This document shows, one piece after another, positions 1 through 15,000 of a stretch of DNA of 64,000 nt. The first letter of the stretch is position 1; each line of letters starts with the position of its first letter. The notes under the pieces were generated by a model. The model worked only from the letters and a program-made list of their open reading frames with translations, did no database searches and was not told the DNA's origin. Origin of the DNA: Eledone cirrhosa (taxonomy: Eukaryota); NCBI GenBank assembly GCA_964016885.1, contig OZ024752.1, positions 18,600,001-18,664,000 of the forward strand, given 5' to 3'. A program made the position numbers and the translations under genes.

Positions 1-3000
1 GTGGTCACTGTGGTGTAGAATGTAGGTGAAAGACTAGTTGTGTGGTCACTGTGGTGTAGAATGTAGGTGAAAGACTAGTTGTGTGGTCACTGTGGTGTAG
101 AATGTAGGTGAAAGACTAGTTGTGTGGTCATTGTGGTGTAGAATGTAGGTGAAAGACTAGTTGTGTGGTCACTGTGGTGTAGAAGTAGGTGAAAGACTAG
201 TTGTGTGGTCACTGTGGTGTAGAATGTAGGTGAAAGACTAGTTGTGTGGTCATTGTGGTGTAGAATGTAGGTGAAAGACTAGTTGTGTGGTCACTGTGGT
301 GTAGAAGTCGGTGAAAGACTAGTTGTGTGGTCATTGTGGTGTAGAAGTAGGTGAAAGACTAGTTGTGTGGTCACTGTGGCGTAGAATGTAGGTGAAAGAC
401 TAGTTGTGTTGTCACTGTGGTGTAGAATGTAGGTGAAAGACTAGTTGTGTGGTCACTGTGGTGTAGAAGTAGGTGAAAGACTAGTTGTGTGGTCATTGTG
501 GTGTAGAAGTAGGTGAAAGACTAGTTGTGTGGTCATTGTGGTGTAGAAGCAGGTGAAAGACTAGTTGTGTGGTCACTGTGGCGTAGAATGTAGGTGAAAG
601 ACTAGTTGTGTGGTCACTGTGGTGTAGAATGTAGGTGAAAGACTAGTTGTGTGGTCACTGTGGTGTAGAAGTAGGTGAAAGACTAGTTGTGTGGTCACTG
701 TGGTGTAGAAGTAGGTGAAAGACTAGTTGTGTGGTCACTGTGGTGTAGAATGTAGGTGAAAGACTAGTTGTGTGGTCATTGTGGTGTAGAATGTAGGTGA
801 AAGACTAGTTTTGTGGTCACTGTGGTGTAGAAGTAGGTGAAAGACTAGTTGTGTGGTCATTGTGGTGTAGAAGTAGGTGAAAGACTCGTTGTGTGGTCAC
901 TGTGGCGTAGAATGTAGGTGAAAGACTAGTTGTGTGGTCATTGTGGTGTAGAATATAGGTGAAAGACTAGTTGTGTGGTCATTGTAGTGTAGAATGTAGG
1001 TGAAAGACTAGTTGTGTGGTCACTGTGGTGTAGAATGTAGGTGAAAGACTAGTTGTGTGGTCACTGTGGTGTAGAATGTAGGTGAAAGACTAGTTGTGTG
1101 GTCATTGTGGTGTAGAATGTAGGTGAAAGACTAGTTGTGTGGTCACTGTGGTGTAGAAGTAGGTGAAAGACTAGTTGTGTGGTCATTGTGGTGTAGAAAT
1201 AGGTGAAAGTCTAGTTGTGTGGTCACTGTGGTGTAGAATGTAGGTGAATGACTAGTTGTGTGGTCACTGTGGTGTAGAATATAGGTGAAAGACTAGTTGT
1301 GTGGTCACTGTGGTGTAGAATGTAGGTGAAAGACTAGTTGTGTGGTCATTGTGGTGTAGAATGTAGGTGAAAGACTAGTTGTGTGGTCACTGTGGTGTAG
1401 AAGTAGGTGAAAGACTAGTTGTGTGGTCACTGTGGTGTAGAAGTAGGTGAAAGACTAGTTGAGTGGTCACTATGGTGTAGAATGTAGGTGAAAGACTAGT
1501 TGTGTGGTCATTGTGGTGTAGAAGTAGGTGAAAGACTAGTTGTGTAGTCACTGTGGTGTAGAATGTAGGTGAAAGACTAGTTGTGTGGTCACTGTGGTGT
1601 AGAATGTAGGTGAAAGACTAGTTGTGTGGTCACTGTGGTGTAGAATGTAGGTGAAAGACTAGTTGTGTGGTCACTGTGGTGTAGAATGTAGGTGAAAGAC
1701 TAGTTGTGTGGTCACTGTGGTGTAGAATGTAGGTGAAAGACTAGTTGTGTGGTCATTGTGGTGTAGAATGTAGGTGAAAGACTAGTTGTGTGGTCACTGT
1801 GGTGTAGAAGTAGGTGAAAGACTAGTTGTGTGGTCATTGTGGTGTAGAAGTAGGTGAAAGACTAGTTGTCTGGTCACTATGGTGTAGAATGTAGGTGAAA
1901 GACTAGTTGTGTGGTCACTGTGGTGTAGAATGTAGGTGAAAGACTAGTTGTGTGGTCACTGTGGTGTAGAAGTAGGTGAAAGACGTTGCGTGGTCACTGT
2001 GGTGTAGAATGTAGGTGAAAGATTAGTTGTGTGGTCACTGTGGTGTAGAATGTAGGTGAAAGAAGTTGTGTGGTCACTGTGGTGTAGAAGTAGGTGAAAG
2101 ACGTGTGGTCACTGTGGTGTAGAATGTAGGTGAAAGACTAGTTGTGTGGTCACTGTGGTGTAGAATGTAGGTGAAAGACTAGTTGTGTGGTCACTGTGGT
2201 GTAGAATGTAGGTGAAAGACTAGTTGTGTGGTCACTGGGTGTAGAATGTAGGTGAAAGACTAGTTGTGTGGTCATTGTGGTGTAGAAGTAGGTGAAAGAC
2301 TAGTTGTGTGGTCACTGTGGTGTAGAATGTAGGTGAAAGGCTAGTTGTGTGGTCATTGTGGCGTAGAATGTAGGTGAAAGACTAGTTGTGTGGTCACTGT
2401 AGTGTAGAATGTAGGTGAAAGACTAGTTGTGTGGTCACTGTGGTGTAGAAGTAGGTGAAAGACTAGTTGTGTGGTCACTGTGGTGTAGAATGTAGGTGAA
2501 AGACTAGTTGTGTGGTCATTGTGGTGTAGAATGTAGGTGAAAGACTAGTTGTGTGGTCACTGTGGTGTAGAAGTAGGTGAAAGACTAGTTGTGTGGTCAT
2601 TGTGGTGTAGAAGTAGGTGAAAGACTAGTTGTGTGGTCACTGTGGCGTAGAATGTAGGTGAAAGACTAGTTGTGTGGTCACTGTGGTGTAGAATGTAGGT
2701 GAAAGACTAGTTGTGTGGTCACTGTGATGTAGAAGTAGGTGAAAGACTAGTTGTGTTGTCATTGTGGTGTAGAAGTAGGTGAAAGACTAGTTGTGTGGTC
2801 ATTGTGGTGTAGAAGTAGGTGAAAGACTAGTTGTGTGGTCACTGTGGTGTAGAATGTAGGTGAAAGACTAGTTGTGTGGTCACTGTGGTGTAGAATGTAG
2901 GTGAAAGACTAGTTGTGTGGTCATTGTGGTGTAGAATGTAGGTGAAAGACTAGTTGTGTGGTCACTGTGGTGTAGAAGTAGGTGAAAGACTAGTTGTGTG

Positions 3001-6000
3001 GTCATTGTGGTGTAGAAGTAGGTGAAAGACTAGTTGTGTGGCCATTGTGGTGTAGAAGTAGGTGAAAGACTAGTTGTGTGGTCATTGTGGTGCAGAAGTA
3101 GGTGAAAGACTAGTTGTGTGGTCACTGTGGTGTAGAATGTAGGTGAAAGACTAGTTGTGTGGTCACTGTGGTGTAGAATGTAGGTGAAAGACTAGTTGTG
3201 TGGTCACTGTGGTATAGAAGTAGGTAAAAGAAGTTGTGTGGTCACTGTGTTGTAGAAGTAGGTGAAAGACTAGTTGTGTGGTCACTGTGGTGTAGAATGT
3301 AGGTGAAAGTCTAGTTGTGTGGTCATTGTGGCGTAGAATGTAGGTGAAAGACTAGTTGTGTGGTCACTGTGGTGTAGAAGTAGGTGAAAGACTAGTTGTG
3401 TGGTCATTGTGGTGTAGAAGTAGGTGAAAGACTAGTTGTGTGGTCATCGTGGTGTAGAAGTAGGTGAAAGACTAGTTGTGTGGTCACTGTGGTGTAGGAT
3501 GTAGGTGAAAGACTAGTTGTGTGGTCACTGTGGTGTAGATTGTAGGTGAAAGACTAGTTGTGTGGTCACTGTGGTGTAGAATGTAGGTGAAAGACTAGTT
3601 GTGTGGTCACTGTGGTGTAGAATGTAGGTGAAAGACTAGTTGTGTGGTCACTGTGGTGTAGAATGTAGGTGAAAGACTAGTTGTGTGGTCACTGTGGTGT
3701 AGATTGTAGGTGAAAGACTAGTTGTGTGGTCACTGTGGTGTAGAATGTAGGTGAAAGACTTGTTGTGTGGTCACTGTGGTGTAGAATGTAGGTGAAAGAC
3801 TAGTTGTGTGGTCACTGTGGTGTAGAATGTAGGTGAAAGACTAGTTGTGTGGTTACTGGGTGTAGAATGTAGGTGAAAGACTAGTTGTGTGGTCATTGTG
3901 GTGTAGAAGTAGGTGAAAGACTAGTTGTGTGGTCACTGTGGTGTAGAATGTAGGTGAAAGGCTAGTTGTGTGGTCATTGTGGCGTAGAATGTAGGTGAAA
4001 GACTAGTTGTGTGGTCACTGTAGTGTAGAATGTAGGTGAAAGACTAGTTGTGTGGTCACTGTGGTGTAGAAGCAGGTGAAAGACTAGTTGTGTGGTCACT
4101 GTGGTGTAGAATGTAGGTGAAAGACTAGTTGTGTGGTCATTGTGGTGTAGAATGTAGGTGAAAGACTAGTTGTGTGGTCACTGTGGTGTCGAAGTCGGTG
4201 AAAGACTAGTTGTGTGGTCATTGTGGTGTAGAAGTAGGTGAAAGACTAGTTGTGTGGTCACTGTGGCGTAGAATGTAGGTGAAAGACTAGTTGTGTTGTC
4301 ACTGTGGTGTAGAATGTAGGTGAAAGACTAGTTGTGTGGTCACTGTGGTGTAGAAGTAGGTGAAAGACTAGTTGTGTGGTCATTGTGATGTAGAAGTAGG
4401 TGAAAGACTAGTTGTGTGGTCATTGTGGTGTAGAAGTAGGTGAAAGACTAGTTGTGTGGTCACTGTGGCGTAGAATGTAGGTGAAAGACTAGTTGTGTGG
4501 TCACTGTGGTGTAGAATGTAGGTGAAAGACTAGTTGTGTGGTCATTGTGGTGTAGAAGTAGGTGAAAGACTAGTTGTGTGGTCACTGTGGTGTAGAAGTA
4601 GGTGAAAGACTAGTTGTGTGGTCACTGTGGTGTAGAATGTAGGTGAAAGACTAGTTGTGTGGTCATTGTAGTGTAGAATGTAGGTGAAAGACTAGTTGTG
4701 TGGTCACTGTGGTGTAGAAGTAGGTGAAAGACTAGTTGTGTGGTCATTGTGGTGTAGAATGTAGGTGAAAGACTAGTCGTGTGGTCACTGTGGTGTAGAA
4801 GTAGGTGAAAGACTAGTTGTGTGGTCATTGTGGTGTAGAATGTAGGTGAAAGACTAGTTGTGTGGTCACTGTGGTGTAGAAGTAGGTGAAAGACGTTGTG
4901 TGGTCACTGGTGTAGAAGTAGGTGAAAGACTAGTTGTGTGGTCACTGTGGTGTAGAAGTAGGTGAAAGACTAGTTGTGTGGTCACTGTGGTGTAGAATGT
5001 AGGTGAAAGACTAGTTGTGTGGTCACTGTGGTGTAGAAGTAGGTGAAAGACTAGTTGTGTGGTCACTGTGGTGTAGAATGTAGGTGAAAGGCTAGTTGTG
5101 TGGTCATTGTGGTTTATGTGAGTAGGTGAAAGACTAGTTGTGTGGTCACTGTGGTGTAGAAGTAGGTGAAAGACTAGTTGTGTGGTCACTGTGGTGTAGA
5201 ATGTAGGTGAAAGGCTAGTTGTGTGGTCATTGTGGTTTATGTGAGTAGGTGAAAGACTAGTTGTGTGGTCACTGTGGTGTAGAAGTAGGTGAAAGACTAG
5301 TTGTGTGGTCACTGTGGTGTAGAATGTAGGTGAAAGACTAGTTGTGTGGTCACTGTGGTGTAGAATGTAGGTGAAAGACTAGTTGTGTGCTCATTGTGGT
5401 GTAGAATGTAGGTGAAAGACTAGTTGTGTGGTCACTGTGGTGTAGAAGTAGGTGAAAGACTAGTTGTGTGGTCACTGTGGTGTAGAATGTAGGTGAAAGA
5501 CTAGTTGTGTGGTCATTGTGGCGTAGAATGTAGGTGAAAGACTAGTTGTGTGGTCACTGTGGTGTAGAATGTAGGTGAAAGGCTAGTTGTGTGGTCATTG
5601 TGGCGTAGAATGTAGGTGAAAGACTAGTTGTGTGGTCACTGTAGTGTAGAATGTAGGTGAAAGACTAGTTGTGTGGTCACTGTGGTGTAGAAGTAGGTGA
5701 AAGACTAGTTGTGTGGTCACTGTGGTGTAGAATGTAGGTGAAAGACTAGTTGTGTGGTCACTGTGGTGTAGAATGTAGGTGAAAGACTAGTTGTGTGGTC
5801 ACTGTGGTATAGAAGTAGGTGAAAGACTTGTTGTGTGGTCACTGTGGTGTAGAATGTAGGTGAAAGACTAGTTGTGTGGTCATTGTGGTGTAGAATGTAG
5901 GTGAAAGACTAGTTGTGTGGTCACTGTGGTGTAGAAGTAGGTGAAAGACTAGTTGTGTGGTCATTGTGGTGTAGAAATAGGTGAAAGACTAGTTTTGTGG

Positions 6001-9000
6001 TCACTGTGTCGTAGAATGTAGGTGAAAGACTAGTTGTGTGGTCACTGTGGTGTAGAAGTAGGTGAAAGAGTAGTTGTGTGGTCATTGTGGTGTAGAAGTA
6101 GGTGAAAGACTAGTTGTGTGGTCACTATGGCATAGAATGTAGGTGAAAGACTAGTTGTGTGGTCACTGTGGTGTAGAATGTAGGTGAAAGGCTAGTTGTG
6201 TGGTCATTGTGGCGTAGAATGTAGGTGAAAGACTAGTTGTGTGGTCACTGTAGTGTAGAATGTAGGTGAAAGACTAGTTGTGTGGTCATTGTGGTGTAGA
6301 AGTAGGTGAAAGACTAGTTGTGTGGTCACTGTGGTGTAGAAGTAGGTGAAAGACTAGTTGTGTGGTCACTGTGGTGTAGAAGTAGGTGAAAGACTAGTTG
6401 TGTGGTCATTGTGGTGTAGAAGTAGGTGAAAGACTAGGTGTGTGGTCACTGTGGCGTAGAATGTAGGTGAAAGACTAGTTGTGTGGTCACTGTGGTGTAG
6501 AATGTAGTTGAAAGACCAGTTGTGTGGTCACTGTGGTGTAGAAGTAGGTGAAAGACTAGTTGTGTGGTCATTGTGGTGTAGAAGTAGGTGAAAGACTAGT
6601 TGTGTGGTCACTGTGGTGTAGAATGTAGGTGAAAGACTAGTTGTGTGGTCACTGTGGCGTAGAATGTAGGTGAAAGACTAGTTGTGTGGTCACTGTGGTG
6701 TAGAATGTAGTTGAAAGACTAGTTGTGTGGTCACTGTAGTGTAGAATGTAGGTGAAAGACTAGTTGTGTGGTCACTGTGGTGTAGAAGTAGGTGAAAGAC
6801 TAGTTGTGTGGTCACTGTGGTGTAGAATGTAGGTGAAAGACTAGTTGTGTGGTCACTGTGGTGTAGAATGTAGGTGAAAGACTAGCTGTGTGGTCACTGT
6901 GGTGTAGAAGCAGGTGAAAGACTAGTTGTGTGGTCACTGTGGTGTAGAATGTAGGTGAAAGACTAGTTGTGTGGTCATTGTGGTGTAGAATGTAGGTGAA
7001 AGACTAGTTGTGTGGTCACTGTGGTGTCGAAGTCGGTGAAAGACTAGTTGTGTGGTCATTGTGGTGTAGAAGTAGGTGAAAGACTAGTTGTGTGGTCACT
7101 GTGGCGTAGAATGTAGGTGAAAGACTAGTTGTGTTGTCACTGTGGTGTAGAATGTAGGTGAAAGACTAGTTGTGTGGTCACTGTGGTGTAGAAGTAGGTG
7201 AAAGACTAGTTGTGTGGTCACTGTGGTGTAGAAGTAGGTGAAAGACGTTGTGTGGTCACTGTGGTGTAGAATGTAGGTGAAAGACTAGTTGTGTGGTCAC
7301 TGTGGTGTAGAAGCAGGTGAAAGACTAGTTGTGTGGTCACTGTGGTGTAGAATGTAGGTGAAAGACTAGTTGTGTGGTCATTGTGGTGTAGAATGTAGGT
7401 GAAAGACTAGTTGTGTGGTCACTGTGGTGTCGAAGTCGGTGAAAGACTAGTTGTGTGGTCATTGTTTTGTAGAAGTAGGTGAAAGACTAGTTGTGTGGTC
7501 ACTGTGGCGTAGAATGTAGGTGAAAGACTAGTTGTGTTGTCACTGTGGTGTAGAATGTAGGTGAAAGACTAGTTGTGTGGTCACTGTGGTGTAGAAGTAG
7601 GTGAAAGACTAGTTGTGTGGTCATTGTGATGTAGAAGTAGGTGAAAGACTAGTTGTGTGGTCATTGTGGTGTAGAAGTAGGTGAAAGACTAGTTGTGTGG
7701 TCACTGTGGCGTAGAATGTAGGTGAAAGACTAGTTGTGTGGTCACTGTGGTGTAGAATGTAGGTGAAAGACTAGTTGTGTGGTCATTGTGGTGTAGAAGT
7801 AGGTGAAAGACTAGTTGTGTGGTCACTGTGGTGTAGAAGTAGGTGAAAGACTAGTTGTGTGGTCACTGTGGTGTAGAATGTAGGTGAAAGACTAGTTGTG
7901 TGGTCATTGTAGTGTAGAATGTAGGTGAAAGACTAGTTGTGTGGTCACTGTGGTGTAGAAGTAGGTGAAAGACTAGTTGTGTGGTCATTGTGGTGTAGAA
8001 TGTAGGTGAAAGACTAGTCGTGTGGTCACTGTGGTGTAGAAGTAGGTGAAAGACTAGTTGTGTGGTCATTGTGGTGTAGAATGTAGGTGAAAGACTAGTT
8101 GTGTGGTCACTGTGGTGTAGAAGTAGGTGAAAGACGTTGTGTGGTCACTGGTGTAGAAGTAGGTGAAAGACTAGTTGTGTGGTCACTGTGGTGTAGAAGT
8201 AGGTGAAAGACTAGTTGTGTGGTCACTGTGGTGTAGAATGTAGGTGAAAGACTAGTTGTGTGGTCACTGTGGTGTAGAAGTAGGTGAAAGACTAGTTGTG
8301 TGGTCACTGTGGTGTAGAATGTAGGTGAAAGGCTAGTTGTGTGGTCATTGTGGTTTATGTGAGTAGGTGAAAGACTAGTTGTGTGGTCACTGTGGTGTAG
8401 AATGTAGTTGAAAGACTAGTTGTGTGGTCACTGTAGTGTAGAATGTAGGTGAAAGACTAGTTGTGTGGTCACTGTGGTGTAGAAGTAGGTGAAAGACTAG
8501 TTGTGTGGTCACTGTGGTGTAGAATGTAGGTGAAAGACTAGTTGTGTGGTCACTGTGGTGTAGAATGTAGGTGAAAGACTAGTTGTGTGGTCACTGTGGT
8601 GTAGAAGTAGGTGAAAGACGTTGTGTGGTCACTGGTGTAGAAGTAGGTGAAAGACTAGTTGTGTGGTCACTGTGGTGTAGAATGTAGTTGAAAGACCAGT
8701 TGTGTGGTCACTGTGGTGTAGAAGTAGGTGAAAGACTAGTTGTGTGGTCATTGTGGTGTAGAAGTAGGTGAAAGACTAGTTGTGTGGTCACTGTGGTGTA
8801 GAATGTAGGTGAAAGACTAGTTGTGTGGTCACTGTGGCGTAGAATGTAGGTGAAAGACTAGTTGTGTGGTCACTGTGGTGTAGAATGTAGTTGAAAGACT
8901 AGTTGTGTGGTCACTGTAGTGTAGAATGTAGGTGAAAGACTAGTTGTGTGGTCACTGTGGTGTAGAAGTAGGTGAAAGACTAGTTGTGTGGTCACTGTGG

Positions 9001-12000
9001 TGTAGAATGTAGGTGAAAGACTAGTTGTGTGGTCACTGTGGTGTAGAATGTAGGTGAAAGACTAGCTGTGTGGTCACTGTGGTGTAGAAGCAGGTGAAAG
9101 ACTAGTTGTGTGGTCACTGTGGTGTAGAATGTAGGTGAAAGACTAGTTGTGTGGTCATTGTGGTGTAGAATGTAGGTGAAAGACTAGTTGTGTGGTCACT
9201 GTGGTGTCGAAGTCGGTGAAAGACTAGTTGTGTGGTCATTGTGGTGTAGAAGTAGGTGAAAGACTAGTTGTGTGGTCACTGTGGCGTAGAATGTAGGTGA
9301 AAGACTAGTTGTGTTGTCACTGTGGTGTAGAATGTAGGTGAAAGACTAGTTGTGTGGTCACTGTGGTGTAGAAGTAGGTGAAAGACTAGTTGTGTGGTCA
9401 CTGTGGTGTAGAAGTAGGTGAAAGACGTTGTGTGGTCACTGTGGTGTAGAATGTAGGTGAAAGACTAGTTGTGTGGTCACTGTGGTGTAGAAGCAGGTGA
9501 AAGACTAGTTGTGTGGTCACTGTGGTGTAGAATGTAGGTGAAAGACTAGTTGTGTGGTCATTGTGGTGTAGAATGTAGGTGAAAGACTAGTTGTGTGGTC
9601 ACTGTGGTGTCGAAGTCGGTGAAAGACTAGTTGTGTGGTCATTGTTTTGTAGAAGTAGGTGAAAGACTAGTTGTGTGGTCACTGTGGCGTAGAATGTAGG
9701 TGAAAGACTAGTTGTGTTGTCACTGTGGTGTAGAATGTAGGTGAAAGACTAGTTGTGTGGTCACTGTGGTGTAGAATGTAGGTGAAAGACTAGTTGTGTG
9801 GTCATTGTGGTGTAGAATGTAGGTGAAAGACTAGTTGTGTGGTCACTGTGGTGTAGAAGTAGGTGAAAGACTAGTTGTGTGGTCATTGTGGTGTAGAAAT
9901 AGGTGAAAGTCTAGTTGTGTGGTCACTGTGGTGTAGAATGTAGGTGAATGACTAGTTGTGTGGTCACTGTGGTGTAGAATATAGGTGAAAGACTAGTTGT
10001 GTGGTCACTGTGGTGTAGAATGTAGGTGAAAGACTAGTTGTGTGGTCATTGTGGTGTAGAATGTAGGTGAAAGACTAGTTGTGTGGTCACTGTGGTGTAG
10101 AAGTAGGTGAAAGACTAGTTGTGTGGTCACTGTGGTGTAGAAGTAGGTGAAAGACTAGTTGAGTGGTCACTATGGTGTAGAATGTAGGTGAAAGACTAGT
10201 TGTGTGGTCATTGTGGTGTAGAAGTAGGTGAAAGACTAGTTGTGTAGTCACTGTGGTGTAGAATGTAGGTGAAAGACTAGTTGTGTGGTCACTGTGGTGT
10301 AGAATGTAGGTGAAAGACTAGTTGTGTGGTCACTGTGGTGTAGAATGTAGGTGAAAGACTAGTTGTGTGGTCACTGTGGTGTAGAATGTAGGTGAAAGAC
10401 TAGTTGTGTGGTCACTGTGGTGTAGAATGTAGGTGAAAGACTAGTTGTGTGGTCATTGTGGTGTAGAATGTAGGTGAAAGACTAGTTGTGTGGTCACTGT
10501 GGTGTAGAAGTAGGTGAAAGACTAGTTGTGTGGTCACTGTGGTGTAGAATGTAGGTGAAAGGCTAGTTGTGTGGTCATTGTGGTTTATGTGAGTAGGTGA
10601 AAGACTAGTTGTGTGGTCACTGTGGTGTAGAAGTAGGTGAAAGACTAGTTGTGTGGTCACTGTGGTGTAGAATGTAGGTGAAAGACTAGTTGTGTGGTCA
10701 CTGTGGTGTAGAATGTAGGTGAAAGACTAGTTGTGTGCTCATTGTGGTGTAGAATGTAGGTGAAAGACTAGTTGTGTGGTCACTGTGGTGTAGAAGTAGG
10801 TGAAAGACTAGTTGTGTGGTCACTGTGGTGTAGAATGTAGGTGAAAGACTAGTTGTGTGGTCATTGTGGCGTAGAATGTAGGTGAAAGACTAGTTGTGTG
10901 GTCACTGTGGTGTAGAATGTAGGTGAAAGGCTAGTTGTGTGGTCATTGTGGCGTAGAATGTAGGTGAAAGACTAGTTGTGTGGTCACTGTAGTGTAGAAT
11001 GTAGGTGAAAGACTAGTTGTGTGGTCACTGTGGTGTAGAAGTAGGTGAAAGACTAGTTGTGTGGTCACTGTGGTGTAGAAGTAGGTGAAAGACTAGTTGT
11101 GTGGTCATTGTGGTGTAGAAGTAGGTGAAAGACTAGTTGTGTGGTCATTGTGGTGCAGAAGTAGGTGAAAGACTAGTTGTGTGGTCACTGTGGTGTAGAA
11201 TGTAGGTGAAAGACTAGTTGTGTGGTCACTGTGGTGTAGAATGTAGGTGAAAGACTAGTTGTGTGGTCACTGTGGTGTAGAAGTAGGTAAAAGAAGTTGT
11301 GTGGTCACTGTGTTGTAGAAGTAGGTGAAAGACTAGTTGTGTGGTCACTGTGGTGTAGAATGTAGGTGAAAGTCTAGTTGTGTGGTCATTGTGGCGTAGA
11401 ATGTAGGTGAAAGACTAGTTGTGTGGTCACTGTGGTGTAGAAGTAGGTGAAAGACTAGTTGTGTGGTCATTGTGGTGTAGAAGTAGGTGAAAGACTAGTT
11501 GTGTGGTCATCGTGGTGTAGAAGTAGGTGAAAGACTAGTTGTGTGGTCACTGTGGTGTAGGATGTAGGTGAAAGACTAGTTGTGTGGTCACTGTGGTGTA
11601 GATTGTAGGTGAAAGACTAGTTGTGTGGTCACTGTGGTGTAGAATGTAGGTGAAAGACTAGTTGTGTGGTCACTGTGGTGTAGAATGTAGGTGAAAGACT
11701 AGTTGTGTGGTCACTGTGGTGTAGAATGTAGGTGAAAGACTAGTTGTGTGGTCACTGTGGTGTAGATTGTAGGTGAAAGACTAGTTGTGTGGTCACTGTG
11801 GTGTAGAATGTAGGTGAAAGACTTGTTGTGTGGTCACTGTGGTGTAGAATGTAGGTGAAAGACTAGTTGTGTGGTCACTGTGGTGTAGAATGTAGGTGAA
11901 AGACTAGTTGTGTGGTTACTGGGTGTAGAATGTAGGTGAAAGACTAGTTGTGTGGTCATTGTGGTGTAGAAGTAGGTGAAAGACTAGTTGTGTGGTCACT

Positions 12001-15000
12001 GTGGTGTTGAATGTAGGTGAAAGGCTAGTTGTGTGGTCATTGTGGCGTAGAATGTAGTTGAAAGACTAGTTGTGTGGTCACTGTAGTGTAGAATGTAGGT
12101 GAAAGACTAGTTGTGTGGTCACTGTGGTGTAGAAGTAGGTGAAAGACTAGTTGTGTGGTCACTGTGGTGTAGAATGTAGGTGAAAGACTAGTTGTGTGGT
12201 CACTGTGGTGTAGAATGTAGGTGAAAGACTAGCTGTGTGGTCACTGTGGTGTAGAAGCAGGTGAAAGACTAGTTGTGTGGTCACTGTGGTGTAGAATGTA
12301 GGTGAAAGACTAGTTGTGTGGTCATTGTGGTGTAGAATGTAGGTGAAAGACTAGTTGTGTGGTCACTGTGGTGTCGAAGTCGGTGAAAGACTAGTTGTGT
12401 GGTCATTGTGGTGTAGAAGTAGGTGAAAGACTAGTTGTGTGGTCACTGTGGCGTAGAATGTAGGTGAAAGACTAGTTGTGTTGTCACTGTGGTGTAGAAT
12501 GTAGGTGAAAGACTAGTTGTGTGGTCACTGTGGTGTAGAAGTAGGTGAAAGACTAGTTGTGTGGTCATTGTGATGTAGAAGTAGGTGAAAGACTAGTTGT
12601 GTGGTCATTGTGGTGTAGAAGTAGGTGAAAGACTAGTTGTGTGGTCACTGTGGCGTAGAATGTAGGTGAAAGACTAGTTGTGTGGTCACTGTGGTGTAGA
12701 ATGTAGGTGAAAGACTAGTTGTGTGGTCATTGTGGTGTAGAAGTAGGTGAAAGACTAGTTGTGTGGTCACTGTGGTGTAGAAGTAGGTGAAAGACTAGTT
12801 GTGTGGTCACTGTGGTGTAGAATGTAGGTGAAAGACTAGTTGTGTGGTCATTGTAGTGTAGAATGTAGGTGAAAGACTAGTTGTGTGGTCACTGTGGTGT
12901 AGAAGTAGGTGAAAGACTAGTTGTGTGGTCATTGTGGTGTAGAATGTAGGTGAAAGACTAGTCGTGTGGTCACTGTGGTGTAGAAGTAGGTGAAAGACTA
13001 GTTGTGTGGTCATTGTGGTGTAGAATGTAGGTGAAAGACTAGTTGTGTGGTCACTGTGGTGTAGAAGTAGGTGAAAGACGTTGTGTGGTCACTGGTGTAG
13101 AATGTAGGTGAAAGACTAGTTGTGTGGTCACTGTGGTGTAGAAGTAGGTGAAAGACTAGTTGTGTGGTCACTGTGGTGTAGAATGTAGGTGAAAGGCTAG
13201 TTGTGTGGTCATTGTGGTTTATGTGAGTAGGTGAAAGACTAGTTGTGTGGTCACTGTGGTGTAGAAGTAGGTGAAAGACTAGTTGTGTGGTCACTGTGGT
13301 GTAGAATGTAGGTGAAAGGCTAGTTGTGTGGTCATTGTGGTTTATGTGAGTAGGTGAAAGACTAGTTGTGTGGTCACTGTGGTGTAGAAGTAGGTGAAAG
13401 ACTAGTTGTGTGGTCACTGTGGTGTAGAATGTAGGTGAAAGACTAGTTGTGTGGTCACTGTGGTGTAGAATGTAGGTGAAAGACTAGTTGTGTGCTCATT
13501 GTGGTGTAGAATGTAGGTGAAAGACTAGTTGTGTGGTCACTGTGGTGTAGAAGTAGGTGAAAGACTAGTTGTGTGGTCACTGTGGTGTAGAATGTAGGTG
13601 AAAGACTAGTTGTGTGGTCATTGTGGCGTAGAATGTAGGTGAAAGACTAGTTGTGTGGTCACTGTGGTGTAGAATGTAGGTGAAAGGCTAGTTGTGTGGT
13701 CATTGTGGCGTAGAATGTAGGTGAAAGACTAGTTGTGTGGTCACTGTAGTGTAGAATGTAGGTGAAAGACTAGTTGTGTGGTCACTGTGGTGTAGAAGTA
13801 GGTGAAAGACTAGTTGTGTGGTCACTGTGGTGTAGAATGTAGGTGAAAGACTAGTTGTGTGGTCACTGTGGTGTAGAATGTAGGTGAAAGACTAGTTGTG
13901 TGGTCACTGTGGTATAGAAGTAGGTGAAAGACTTGTTGTGTGGTCACTGTGGTGTAGAATGTAGGTGAAAGACTAGTTGTGTGGTCATTGTGGTGTAGAA
14001 TGTAGGTGAAAGACTAGTTGTGTGGTCACTGTGGTGTAGAAGTAGGTGAAAGACTAGTTGTGTGGTCATTGTGGTGTAGAAATAGGTGAAAGACTAGTTT
14101 TGTGGTCACTGTGTCGTAGAATGTAGGTGAAAGACTAGTTGTGTGGTCACTGTGGTGTAGAAGTAGGTGAAAGAGTAGTTGTGTGGTCATTGTGGTGTAG
14201 AAGTAGGTGAAAGACTAGTTGTGTGGTCACTATGGCATAGAATGTAGGTGAAAGACTAGTTGTGTGGTCACTGTGGTGTAGAATGTAGGTGAAAGGCTAG
14301 TTGTGTGGTCATTGTGGCGTAGAATGTAGGTGAAAGACTAGTTGTGTGGTCACTGTAGTGTAGAATGTAGGTGAAAGACTAGTTGTGTGGTCATTGTGGT
14401 GTAGAAGTAGGTGAAAGACTAGTTGTGTGGTCACTGTGGTGTAGAAGTAGGTGAAAGACTAGTTGTGTGGTCACTGTGGTGTAGAAGTAGGTGAAAGACT
14501 AGTTGTGTGGTCATTGTGGTGTAGAAGTAGGTGAAAGACTAGGTGTGTGGTCACTGTGGCGTAGAATGTAGGTGAAAGACTAGTTGTGTGGTCACTGTGG
14601 TGTAGAATGTAGTTGAAAGACCAGTTGTGTGGTCACTGTGGTGTAGAAGTAGGTGAAAGACTAGTTGTGTGGTCACTGTGGCGTAGAATGTAGGTGAAAG
14701 ACTAGTTGTGTGGTCACTGTGGTGTAGAATGTAGGTGAAAGACTAGTTGTGTGGTCATTGTGGTGTAGAAGTAGGTGAAAGACTAGTTGTGTGGTCACTG
14801 TGGTGTAGAAGTAGGTGAAAGACTAGTTGTGTGGTCACTGTGGTGTAGAATGTAGGTGAAAGACTAGTTGTGTGGTCATTGTAGTGTAGAATGTAGGTGA
14901 AAGACTAGTTGTGTGGTCACTGTGGTGTAGAAGTAGGTGAAAGACTAGTTGTGTGGTCATTGTGGTGTAGAATGTAGGTGAAAGACTAGTCGTGTGGTCA

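Noticed and set aside
1-41. Hammerhead ribozyme in the 41-bp monomer (GAAAGAC...GTC)
   Set aside because: No CTGANGA core and no UH in the correct register.
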